A stretch of 53,187 bases of DNA, from the NCBI RefSeq assembly GCF_001194135.2, contig NC_068987.1, positions 87,614,978 through 87,668,164 of the forward strand. Reading direction: 5' to 3'. Each line of letters opens with the position of its first letter. Within the stretch, counting starts at the first letter, position 1. The position numbers and the translations under genes are program-made. The notes beneath the pieces are model-generated. The model did not search any database. It worked only from the letters and a program-made list of their open reading frames with translations, and was not told the DNA's origin. The stretch is from Octopus bimaculoides (Eukaryota). Shown one piece after another: positions 1 to 10,090 of this stretch.

Positions 1-209
1 GTATTATCATTGTTTAAAAAACAGTAATTAATCAAAAAAAAGATTGCAAACAACAGTAGTGTAGAGGGGAGGGGGGATTCCAAGGGGAAAAAAAGGGTTC
101 TGTCCAGGTGCTGCTTTAATGGGAGCAATACTGTGCAGAGCCCTATCAGATGGGCCCTAAATGTTCAGGGGTCATTCCCTTAATCCATTATCATATTTAA
201 CATCACCAC

Positions 210-361
210 CAGGACCAGCTCAAGGAGGCACCCAGGGAACCATGTGCTAGGGGGTACCAAAAAGGGCGTGACAAAATTTAAGGAAATTTCCACAACTGTC
301 AGCTTGTACTCACCGAAGTTCAGCTTGCCCGGGGGCACCAGCAACCCTAGGGCCGGCCATG
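210..361. mobile_element. small hAT-type MITE
   Basis: Imperfect TIRs (CAGGACCAGCTC ... CTAGGGCCGGCCATG) flanked by an 8-bp target-site duplication ATCACCAC (202-209) / ATCACCAT (362-369); 8-bp TSDs are typical of hAT. Confidence 0.5.
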
Positions 362-486
362 ATCACCATCAAGCTCTTTCGGTACATTTAGTTGAGTTCC
401 ATCAGATGCAGGTATTTATAAAATGATTTCAAATCAAAGAATAAATCCATTATATTATATTTGGTAGAATTAACTGCCGAATATTA

Positions 487-706
487 CTCTTTTACTTGTT
501 TCAGTCATTTGACTGTGGCCATGCTGGAGCACCGCCTTTAGTCGAGTAAATCGACCCCAGGACTTATTCTTTGTAAGCCTAGTACTTATTTAATCAGTTC
601 TCTTTTGCCGAACTGCTAAGTTACAAGGACGTAAACACACCAGCATCGATTTTCAAGCGATGTTCGGGGGACAAACACAGACACTCAAACATATACACGC
701 ACATAC

Positions 707-739
<33 letters not shown>

Positions 740-899
740 CGATGGGCTTCTTTCAGTTTCCGACTACCAAATCTACTCATAAGGCTTTGGTTGGCCCGAG
801 GCTATAGTAGAAGACACTTGCCCAAGGTGCCACGCAGTGGGACTGAACTCGGAACCATGTGGTTGGTGAGCAAGCTCCTTACCAAACAGCCGCTCCAGC
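487..899 (-). mobile_element. tRNA-derived SINE, family A (internal (TA)n/(CA)n tract)
   Basis: Reverse strand begins with a tRNA-like head with A/B-box-like motifs; near-identical copies recur at 2793-3172, 15773-16165, 18990-19470, 45880-46225, 46828-47217, 47513-47890. Confidence 0.85.
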
Positions 900-1004
900 C
901 AAATATTATGTAAAACATTAAAAATAAAATTTGACTTTGTTCAATTTCTTTGTATCTTTCTTTCCACATCCATTTTTTTTTTTTGGTTTGTTTGTCTTTT
1001 TCAG

Positions 1005-1297
1005 AACGTTTGGAATTGATTATCCAGGGACGAGTAGACTCACCTCAGATGCAGATTTCACCGAATCTACCCAACATCATCAACATCCGACAGACAGCAA
1101 ATGTGCACCCAGAGCAACCCAATATATTATCAGGAGGCCCTAATCAGTATCATATCCAGTCCCCTTTTCTACCAGACAGTCCGACCCCACAACATGTCGA
1201 GATTCTAGAACAAAACAACAGCAGCTTATTAAAGGAAGTCGGTGCTGTGGACACAACTCTTTCTTTAGACCCAACAATGTCAGAAATGAACCTAAAG
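1005..1297 (+). CDS. internal coding exon of unidentified gene 1 (xRLELIIQGRVDSPQMQ...MSEMNLK); gene starts upstream of the window
   Basis: Acceptor tttgtctttttcag, donor AAG|gtaacc, open frame, phase 1 to 0, joins in frame with 2584-2776. Confidence 0.8.
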
Positions 1298-1427
1298 GTA
1301 ACCCCTCCACCACACACATCTAGTGTACCTTTAAAATCTTAATATCCTTTGTACTCTGTGTAAATGTCTGTGAATTGAAGTGCCAATACACGAAATTCTT
1401 GGCCCTTGAATTACTCTGTAACACCGG

Positions 1428-2040
1428 GTTTCTAATATTGGCACAAGGCCAGCAAGTTTTGAGGTGGGTGAAGTCAATTTCATTAACCCGAGTACACAAC
1501 TGGTACTTATTTTATTGACCCCCAAACTGATGAAAGGCAAAATTGACCTCAGCAGAATTTGAACTCAGAACATTTTCTCCAGCATGATAACAATTCTGCC
1601 ATTTTGCTGCCTTTTATGGTATCAAATTCTTGCACAAGGCCAGCAACTTTTGAGGTGGGCGATGTCAGTTACACTGACCCCAGTACTTCACTGGTGCATA
1701 TTTTATCAACCCCGAAAGGATGAAAGGCAAAGTCGACCTTGGCAGGATTTGAACTCAGAACATAAAGAGAGGGAAGAGATGTTGCTAAGCATTTCGTCCA
1801 CCATGTTAATGACGATTCTGTTGGCTTTCTGCCTGCAATCAATTAATAATCCCTTCTACTATAGGTACAAGGCCTGAAATTTTCAGTGAAGGGCCGAAGC
1901 CGACCACATTGACCCCCCACTGCTCAACTGGGACTATTTTTTTGACCCTGAAAGGATAAATGGTAAAGCCAACCTCAGAAGAATTTGAACTCAGAACATA
2001 AAAACAGACAAAATACCACAAAGCATTCTGCCTGCTCATC
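1428..2040 (-). mobile_element. three tandem copies of SINE family B
   Basis: Core GATGAAAGGCAAAGTCGACC..GCAGAATTTGAACTCAGAAC repeated three times head to tail. Confidence 0.8.
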
Positions 2041-2060
2041 ACCATCCACTAATTAATCAT

Positions 2061-2440
2061 GGAGGTGCAATGGCCCAGTGGTTAGGGCAGCGGACTCGTG
2101 ATCGTAGGATCATGGTTTCAATTCCCAGACCGGGCGTTGTGAGTGTTTATTGAGTGAAAACACCTAAAGTTCCACGAGGCTCCGGCAGGGGATATCTGGT
2201 GAACCCTACTGTGCTCTTTCACCACAACTTTCTCTCACTCTTTCTTCCTATTTCTGTTGTGCCTGTAATTCAAAGGGTCAGCCTTGTCACACTGTGTCAC
2301 GCTGAATATCCCCAAGAACTACGTTAAGGGTACACATGTCTGTGGAGTGCTCAGCCACTTGCATGTTAATTTCACGAGCAGGCTGTTCCGTTGATCAGAT
2401 CAACTGGAACCCTCGTCGTCGTAACCGACGGAGTGCCAAT
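2061..2440 (+). mobile_element. tRNA-derived SINE, family D, full length
   Basis: Box A TGGCCCAGTGG and box-B-like GGTTTCAATTCCC; 11-bp TSD TAATTAATCAT at 2050-2060 and 2441-2451; second copy at 51098-51483. Confidence 0.85.
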
Positions 2441-2583
2441 TAATTAATCATAAAAAAATATATATTCCCTCATGTTTTCACTTCTGTTTTCCTGTTTGTA
2501 ACCCTAAACCTATGAAGTACAACTCATAATATTTGTTGTTGTTGTTTGTTTTTTTAATTTCCTTCTCTGCTTTCTGATTTCAG

Positions 2584-2776
2584 AACCTGTTGGATCCCAC
2601 AATCTGTCTCCAAGACAATTTCCCCTTCCAGAACAGTATATGGGACGAAGACATGGATGTTGAGTTGAGTTTAGATATGCCTGTGGCCATATCTGCAACC
2701 AATTCTGGGGTGCAAACTCTAGGGGCCTCACTAACTTCAGCAGCACCTCATATCAATTTATATTCCCCTCTGGCAG
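2584..2776 (+). CDS. coding exon of gene 1 (NLLDPTICLQDNFPFQNSIWDEDMDVELSLDMP...LYSPLA)
   Basis: Acceptor tttctgatttcag, donor CAG|gttaga, phase 0 to 1, consistent with both neighbours. Confidence 0.8.
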
Positions 2777-2792
2777 GTTAGACATTCTTTTA

Positions 2793-3172
2793 TTCTTTTA
2801 CTTGTTTCAATCATTTGACTGCAGCCATGCTGGAGCACTGCCTTTAGTCAAGCAAATCGACCCCAGGACTTATTCTTTGTAAGCCTAGTACTTATTCTAT
2901 CAGTCTCTTTTGCTGAACTGCTAAGTATCAGGGATATAAACACACCAGCATCGGTTGTCAAGCGATGTTGGGGGGACAAACACAAACGCACACACACATA
3001 TATATATATATACCATGGGCTTCTTCCAGTTTCTGTATACCAAATCCACTCACAAGGCTTTGGTAAACCTGAGGCTATAGTAGAAGACACTTGCCCAAGG
3101 TGCAATACAGTAAGCCTGAACCCAGAACCATGTTGTTGGTAAGCAAGCTACTTACCATACAGCCTCTCCTGA
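2793..3172 (-). mobile_element. SINE family A copy
   Basis: Colinear with 487-899. Confidence 0.85.
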
Positions 3173-3226
3173 GGTTTACATAGTCTTAATGTAAAAACTA
3201 TTAAATAAATAAATGAATAAATAAAT

Positions 3227-3276
<50 letters not shown>

Positions 3277-3289
3277 GACTGACTCTCAT

Positions 3290-3580
3290 GCCAGTGGCAC
3301 GTAAAACGCACCAACCAAACGTGGCCGATGCCAGTACCCACTGACNNNNNNNNNNACGTGATCGATGCCAGGTCCGCCTGACTGGCTTGTGCCAATGGCA
3401 CGTAAAAAAGCACCCACTACACTCTTGAAGTGGTTGGTGTTAGGAAGGACATCCAACTGTAGAAACATTGCCGGATCAGATTGGAGCCTGGTGCAGCCGT
3501 CTGGCTTGCCAGTCCTCAGTCAAACCATCCAACCCATGCCAGCATGGAAAACAGATGTTAAACAATGATGATGATGATGG
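3290..3580 (+). mobile_element. SINE family C copy ((GAT)n tail), interrupted by a 10-N gap
   Basis: Motif GGTTGGTGTTAGGAAGGACATCCAACTGTAG, 3' hairpin CCATGCCAGCATGG and ATGATGATG tail shared with other family C copies. Confidence 0.75.
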
Positions 3581-4026
3581 CATTCTTGGCAGCCACTGCT
3601 CGGATAATTTTCATCTCCTTCCAATGTTGTGCTTTTTTTTTTTTTAAACACAGCACATCAATAAGTGATGTTATCTCTGGAAGGACACTGCAGTAAATTG
3701 ACTTTCAATGATGTATTTATTCTGAGTATGGTACATAGAAGGCTATTGCTGTGCAGCACCCAAGGCAAGTGTTGTCTTGTTTAGGCTGGACCAATCATTA
3801 CTTTGTGAATGAATTTGGTCGGTGGAAACTGCTGGAAGCCCATTTTCTGTGTGTGTGTGTGTGTGTGTGAATATACACGTCGATATTTTACAGGTCTACT
3901 TGTCACCATTTGACTAAAACAGTAAACAATTTTGACATTCCTTCATGACATAACGACTGGTTGCATGAACAGCCAATAAATTAATCAATGGCTTCCAATT
4001 TTTCTTTTTTCTTTCTAATATTTCAG

Positions 4027-4136
4027 GAATCAGAAATGAGTCTTTAGCAGTCACAGGATTTGGTCACACAGCTTACAACCAACTAGATGTCAGTGGTTCA
4101 ATCTACGGCCAGAATACCCTTTCTGTATCAACGTAA
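4027..4136 (+). CDS. terminal coding exon of gene 1 (GIRNESLAVTGFGHTAYNQLDVSGSIYGQNTLSVST*)
   Basis: Acceptor ctttctaatatttcag; phase 1 start matches the previous exon; TAA at 4134-4136. Confidence 0.75.
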
Positions 4137-4370
4137 TCATTGTGTCAACTGAAGATGTTTGTTGATGCCAAAACATTTTGATTCTCTCCACAACTTCTAT
4201 ATTACTACAACTGATCTTTATACAATGGTTGGCTACTGGCAGTTATTTTGACAGTCACTCCCATCTTGTGGATATATTACAAGAAATACAGACTTTACAA
4301 GATACTTTGTGAAATAGATTCACTCTTTTAATTCCCCAAAGTCAGCAAACAGTGACTGCAAAGTCATTAA

Positions 4371-4594
4371 CCCTTTCATGTTTAATCCTTTGAACATATC
4401 TGGCCTAAATATCCCAGCTATTTTATGTTCAAACTGGACAGAACTGGTTTCCTGCATCCGCCCTACAATGTCATTCTAAAGACAAACAATCACTCTAAAG
4501 AAATCTCAAGGCTACAAGATAATCCAGGATTAATTCAAAACAATACGCATAAATAAGGATTATATTTGACAGAGTAATCCTAAATGCCAAAGGG
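4371..4594. mobile_element. piggyBac-type MITE, family P1
   Basis: TTAA|CCCTTT ... AAAGGG|TTAA; TTAA TSD and CCC..GGG termini are piggyBac hallmarks; inverted homologue at 51688-51890. Confidence 0.75.
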
Positions 4595-5225
4595 TTAAAA
4601 CAATTTTATATTTTAGTGACAGGTATGGCTGGAGGGCTGAGAAGTTCACTTCCCAACATCTAGTTCCACTTTCAGGTCCTTTGCATGGCATATTGGACAA
4701 GGGTCATCAGCTTCAGTCTTGGGCCAGACAATTCCATGTGAGTGGAATTAGCAGATGCAAACTGTGTAGAGGTTCATCGTGTGTGTGTGTGTATGTAAAT
4801 GTTGGTTTAAAATTTTGCCACAAGGCCAGGAATTTGGGGGAAGGATCCTAGTCTATTATACCAACGCAGTATTCAGCTGGTACTTAATTTATCAACTCCC
4901 AAAAAGGATTGACCTCGGTGGAATTTGAACCTTCATGTGTGTGTATAAATGTTATTCTTTAACAAGAATGGTATTGAGAGTGACTTCAGGCAGTCCAATG
5001 ATAACATAACCAGCCAAAACTTCGAAGTCACTGTCAAGAATATTCTTGTTTAAGAATATTAAATTTGTTCTCTATAAAAAGTATGGAATACTCCTTCAGT
5101 TTAATGTAGATTTGTTTTTAGCATAAAAACGAATACAAATTATATATACCGGAGTAAGCACATAAAATGTGCAACAAGGTGGAAAAAAGAGTACTCAAAT
5201 ACCAGAGGTAGAGTAATATGCATTA

Positions 5226-5370
5226 TTTAAAAGCAGCAGAAATATAACAAAAGACTGTTATTCGGAGTTTCACGTTCCCGTTCATCGGACAGTTCCAATA
5301 AACCTGTCCGATGAATGGGAACGTGAAACTCCGAGTAACAGTCTCTTGTTATATTTCTGCTGCTTTTAAA
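5226..5370. repeat. 145-bp palindrome: two head-to-head copies of a Penelope-like terminal repeat
   Basis: 67-bp arms (5226-5292 / 5304-5370) with 3 mismatches and an 11-nt loop. Confidence 0.9.
5304..5341 (+). ncRNA. minimal hammerhead-ribozyme-like motif (core variant CCGAUGA)
   Basis: Stem I CTGT/ACAG, core CCGATGA, stem II ATG/CGT with GGAA loop, GAA, stem III ACTC/GAGT, putative GUA cleavage after 5337. Position 4 is C instead of the canonical U. Confidence 0.55.
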
Positions 5371-5383
5371 TAAATAATACATA

Positions 5384-5469
5384 TTATATATATGTATAAA
5401 TATATATATGCATGTGTATATACAAATATATGCATGTGTGTATATACATATACATATATATATATATGC

Positions 5470-5520
<51 letters not shown>

Positions 5521-5585
5521 TGTGTGTATATATATATGCATGTGTGTATACACATATATATATGTATGCATGTGTGTATATACAT
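5384..5585. repeat. compound (TA)n / TATGCATGTGTG microsatellite
   Basis: Directly visible; source of the IYIY-type ORFs. Confidence 0.95.
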
Positions 5586-6299
5586 AGTTTCTGTGAATGT
5601 TCACATTCTGACGTTTTCAGGGGAAATCACGAGAGCAAAGGCAGTGACATTATGTTGACAATTCCCTGTCAAGAAATCACTCTGATTTTTATTCTTCCAG
5701 TCGTTTAAAGACTGGAAGAATAAAAATCCCTTGCAAAACAAGCAAAGGTTAGCGACAGGAAGAGCATCCAGTTGTAAAAACAATGCTTTAGTAATAAGAC
5801 TTCATCTTGTCTATACCAGCACGGCGAAGTACAAACAAATGAATGTGTGTGTTTAATGTGCAAGGAGTTAAAAATTTCTGATTTGGTGCCAGGACACACA
5901 TTTAACTTACCAAAGGTAGGTTATCCTTCACAGGTCTTCTCTACTGGAAACAAATCCTGCGGGGGTAATCTTTTATATTGGTTGTTGGAACCTCATATGT
6001 CGAAACCAACGGGAGAATCCACAAAGTTATGTATATATATTGTTAAAGGTCAAACAGTGAGAAAACCTAGTCAACAATACGTCAAACCACATTTGTATCT
6101 CTCTCATTTTCCCTCTCTGTCTATATAATTCTTAAACAAGAATAATAACTGCCAATAATATTCTCATTTAAGAATAATAAATTTGTACTCAACAAAGTAT
6201 AGAGCAATCCATCAGATTAATGTAGAATTCAGTTCTATATTTAAGAGAAGAGGAATTATGTACATTATTTACATTTGACGGATATTTGTCCTCATCTTG

Positions 6300-6548
6300 C
6301 CCATGGGCATATGGCATAGTGGTTAAGAGCATGAACTACTAACCCTAAGATTCCGAGTTCGATTCCAGGCAGTCACCTGAATAATAATAATAATAATAAC
6401 AACATCAAAAAATACCTTAAGAATGAGAACCCAGGTTCGAAATTTCCCCAAGACACCTGATGAAGGCTGGAGGGTATATATCAGCTGAAACGTTGTGTTA
6501 ACAACAAACAAGATGAGGATAAATATCTGTCAAATGTAAATAATGTAA
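6300..6548 (+). mobile_element. SINE family E: tRNA-like head, (AAT)n linker, hammerhead-bearing tail
   Basis: Box A TGGCATAGTGG, box B GAGTTCGATTCC; tail shared with 24010-24190, 25019-25300, 25325-25465, 39120-39180, 44795-44860. Confidence 0.8.
6452..6499 (+). ncRNA. minimal (dimer-type) hammerhead-ribozyme-like motif
   Basis: Stem I GACAC/GTGTT, core CTGATGA plus one extra A, stem II GGCTG/CAGCT, GAA, palindromic ACGT in place of stem III, NUH = GUU. Confidence 0.6.
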
Positions 6549-6897
6549 TGTAGAATTGTTTCTATTATAACTGAACATTAAGTTTAGCTTAATCATCAGT
6601 CAAGCTCTAATTGCTAAAATTGAGTGAGAGAGAGGAGAAAGAAACAGAGAAGAAATGTTTTCTTTTATGATTTGCTTTGCTATCAGTCTTTAAACGGTAT
6701 TCTCATGCCATCTACTTTTATCTAAGATATCAGTCATGTAATGATTTCGTTTGTGGCCACAGATTTATGAAGAAGGGGACATGGTGTGTTAAACAAACTC
6801 ATCCCACTGCTGGTACTCGTTTCACTGATTCAGAGCAGTGTATTTGGTAAGATCTTGCTCAAGATCACTCGCTGTGGTGTAGTGCTGTACTCCAGAG

Positions 6898-7645
6898 CAG
6901 TGCTTCTCAAACTATCAGATGTGGTGTACCGGCAGTTTTTTTTTTCCAATATGCCAGGGACCGGTAATATTTCTTAGTAATATTAGTTTATATCTGGAAA
7001 CAATATATATAATGGACGTGGCCAATGACAGTACCGCCTGATTGGCACTTGTGCCGGTGGGACGTTAAAAGCACATCCGAGCGTGATCGTTGCCAGTGCC
7101 ACGGATTGGATCCCATGCCGGTGACAAATGAAAAGCACCATTTGAGTGTAATTGTTACCAGCGTCGTCTTACTGGCACGTGAAAAACAACATTCAAGCAT
7201 GCTCATTACCAGTGCCGCCGGACTGGCTCCCGTGCAGGTAGCACGTAAAAAACACCTTTTGAGCATTACCAGAACCGCCTGACTGGCCCTCATGCCAGTG
7301 GTACATAAAAGCACCCACTACACTCTCAGAGTGGTTGGCATTAGGAAGGGCTTCCAGCTGTAGAAACATTGCCAGATCAGATTGGAGCCTGGTCCAGCCT
7401 TCTGGTTCACCAGTCCTCAGTCAAACCGTCCAACCCATGCCAGCATGAAAAGTAGACATTAAACAGCAATGGTGATGATAAATATAAAAGTTGACAATTT
7501 TTTTTTTTATCTTATATTTATTTTGTATACAATGAATACAATATTACATCAGCATTTTATAATGTTTCTTTTTCTGGAAACTCACCACGTACCAGCAGCT
7601 GATGGCTTGCAGACTGGCACCGGTCCACGACTTTGAGTAGCACTG
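6898..7645. mobile_element. hAT (Charlie/Buster-like) MITE containing a nested family C SINE
   Basis: TIRs CAGTGCTTCTCAAA / TTTGAGTAGCACTG; 8-bp TSD CTCCAGAG (6890-6897) / CTCTAGAG (7646-7653). Confidence 0.75.
7019..7480 (+). mobile_element. SINE family C copy with internal ~60-66-bp repeat array
   Basis: Repeated GGCACGTAAAAAGCAC units, then GGTTGGCATTAGGAAGGGC and 3' CCATGCCAGCATG. Confidence 0.8.
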
Positions 7646-8584
7646 CTCTAGAGTATTCAGAGTCAGAAATGATCAGAAAAGCTAAAGAGAGGAAGGCTGC
7701 ATGCAAAGACAGAGTCCCACCAGGTTTTGATTCTGTTATTACATGGCCCACCCCACAACTGGAACTGTGGGTTTTGTGTCGATTTGGACTAATTGGCCAC
7801 CTCAGGATACACAAAGAGTAAAGCTGCTAATCTAGTCATCTTCATGAAGGATGGACATCATTTCACTGAGCCCCAAACCCCAAAAGGGACATCTCCCTAT
7901 TTAATATCATTGCCTGGCCCTTTGGGTTGCCCTTAGCGGAATCTACTCAAGACAGATCTCTGGTCTCAGAAACCCTGAGAAAAAAATTGATAGGTGATGC
8001 CCTTACACTTAAGAAAAAAAACAAAAAAACACTGAACGTGGAGTGAAATAGAATCCTTATCACAACAGTTTTTTTTTTTTGTACACAAGGAAGTCAAGGG
8101 ATGTAACTTGGTATGCAAAAAACAGCATTTTATCTGGGACAATAACAAATCTGCAAGTTCACTGCCTTTGATATTATTAATAAAAAAACTGTTTCTCAAA
8201 TTTTAAGAGTGAAAAAAATTCAAATAATAAAGATTTCATCAATTCACTGAGGCCTTCACATGAAAATCTTCAAAACAATGAATTCCAAGTTGTGTGTTTA
8301 TGTGAGTAAAAACAGAAAAACTGCAACATTATGAAAACCAGAGAGAGACTGACAATATACATTTGTTTTTTCTCAAGATGTATATTATTATATTTATGTA
8401 TCCTCCACACAGAAGAAATCAGATTTGTCATGTTTTAATTAATTTGTAAATAGAATGTTCTGAGAAATCAGTTTTATTTTTTCTTTGTAACCTAATGCAG
8501 TCTATCACCATTTCTCAAACATATTTTCTCCATTTTGAACCACATTCCATAAATTTCTTACATTCCTATAATTTCATTTTCTTG

Positions 8585-8974
8585 TATCTTGGGAGGGTCA
8601 TTATGCCAATAATAAACACATTCACTGGTTCTATTCCACTTCTTTATTTTTATTAATCAACTGGTTAAATATTTAACCAATTAACTCATTGATTGTTTGG
8701 TTAATCATTCATCAATCGATCAGTCCTCTAAGTTTGTCAAAGTCCTGTGGCTCCATTCGCAATGGCATCAATGATTCGTCCTCTCAACACCAGCTCTGCT
8801 GTCATGAGTAGCAATGAAAGGACTTTGACAAATCTAGCTAACTGATTAGCTGACTGAACAATTAATCAAACATTTCATTAGTTAAACGAGTAACCAACCA
8901 ACCAACAAATAAAAGAAGTGAAATAAAACCAGTGTCAGCATGTCTATCGTTGGCATTATGATCTTCCCAAAATA
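8585..8974. mobile_element. foldback MITE with long imperfect inverted arms (family F)
   Basis: Termini TATCTTGGGAGGGTCATTATGCCAA / TTGGCATTATGATCTTCCCAAAATA; homologues at 38421-38789 and 40588-40680. Confidence 0.7.
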
Positions 8975-9764
8975 CAAAAAAGAAATGTTTCAACACACGA
9001 ATTCACAATAAGAATCTTGCAAGCTAAACACAAAAAACTTCATTTTGTATATTTCTCTAAAACTTTTTTTTAAATAATATTCTGTTTTGTAAAAATAGTG
9101 AAGTAAATTTATAACCCTTCAGTTGTTCTCCCCAGTTGCCTTCAGAAACGTCCTTCAAATATACTATAGTCTTTATTTTCTTCTCTCTTTCTCTACAACT
9201 CTTATATCTTTGTAAATGTCCATATAAAAACTTTTTCATTGCTATTCATTTCATCACTTATTTACGTGCATTCATCAATAATTTTTATATTGCTTTGTTT
9301 GTTTGATAACCTATTTCATGTTTTTTTTTTGTTTTTTTAATTAATTTAGCTTCCGTTTGTCCAATGTTAGAATTAAAAAATGATAATAATAATAATATTT
9401 AGCTTAAATATACGTCTGTCCTCGTTTATCTTGGAGATTTGGTTCCAAAACAAACAATGATAAATGAATCCTCTCCATGTATTTGGTAAATGGAGCAATT
9501 GTTAGATTCATTAGTGCTAAACTCGTGGCTCACAATGGCCCACAGCGGCAAAGCATCTACATTGTCTATGAAAATCAGGTGCCTCTTCATATTTTTTCTG
9601 TTTACTGGTTCCATGTTGATGAGACCGAATATGTAAATCTCAAAGTATGATCGCATAAACACAAGCGATAATCAGTCCATTGTGAGTAGCATAGCATTGT
9701 GGGTAATTGCTGGAGCATGGTCTTGCAATTTTGCTGTATGAACAGTGTTATCACAGATCAATCC

Positions 9765-10090
9765 ATCATCATCATCGTTTAACGTCCGCTTTCCATGCTA
9801 GCATGGGCTGGACGATTTGACTGAGGACTGGTGAAACCAGATGGCAACACCAGGCTGCCCTTCCTAACGCCAACCACTCAGAGAGTGTAGTGGGTGCTTT
9901 TACATGCCACCTGCACGAAGGCCAGTCAGGAGGTACTGGCAATGGCCACGCTCAAAATGATGTATTTTATGTGCCACCTGCACAAGAGCCAGTCCAGGGG
10001 CACTGGCAACGATCTCGCTCGAAAGTCCTTACACATGCCACGGGCACAAGTGCCAGAAAGGCGATGCTGGGCACAGGTGCCATCACAATT
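9765..10090 (-). mobile_element. SINE family C copy
   Basis: Reverse complement closely matches 26130-26500; (CAT)n at the left end. Confidence 0.8.

Noticed and set aside
950-1004. Start of ORF 950-1342 (MYLSFHIHFFFLVCLSF)
   Set aside because: This is the polypyrimidine tract of an intron; coding sequence starts after the AG at 1004.
2061-2135. tRNA-like sequences (also 6300-6375, 18990-19060)
   Set aside because: They have A/B boxes but continue into multi-copy SINE bodies, some with TSDs; they are not tRNA genes.
5227-5708. Overlapping IYIY-type ORFs (also 13013-13369, 42489-42965)
   Set aside because: Translation of (TA)n/(CA)n microsatellites and N-runs.
9426-9733. ORF 9426-9662 and a possible acceptor at 9733
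   Set aside because: Weak pyrimidine tract next to a SINE tail and no recognisable protein; may be 3'UTR, but unsupported.
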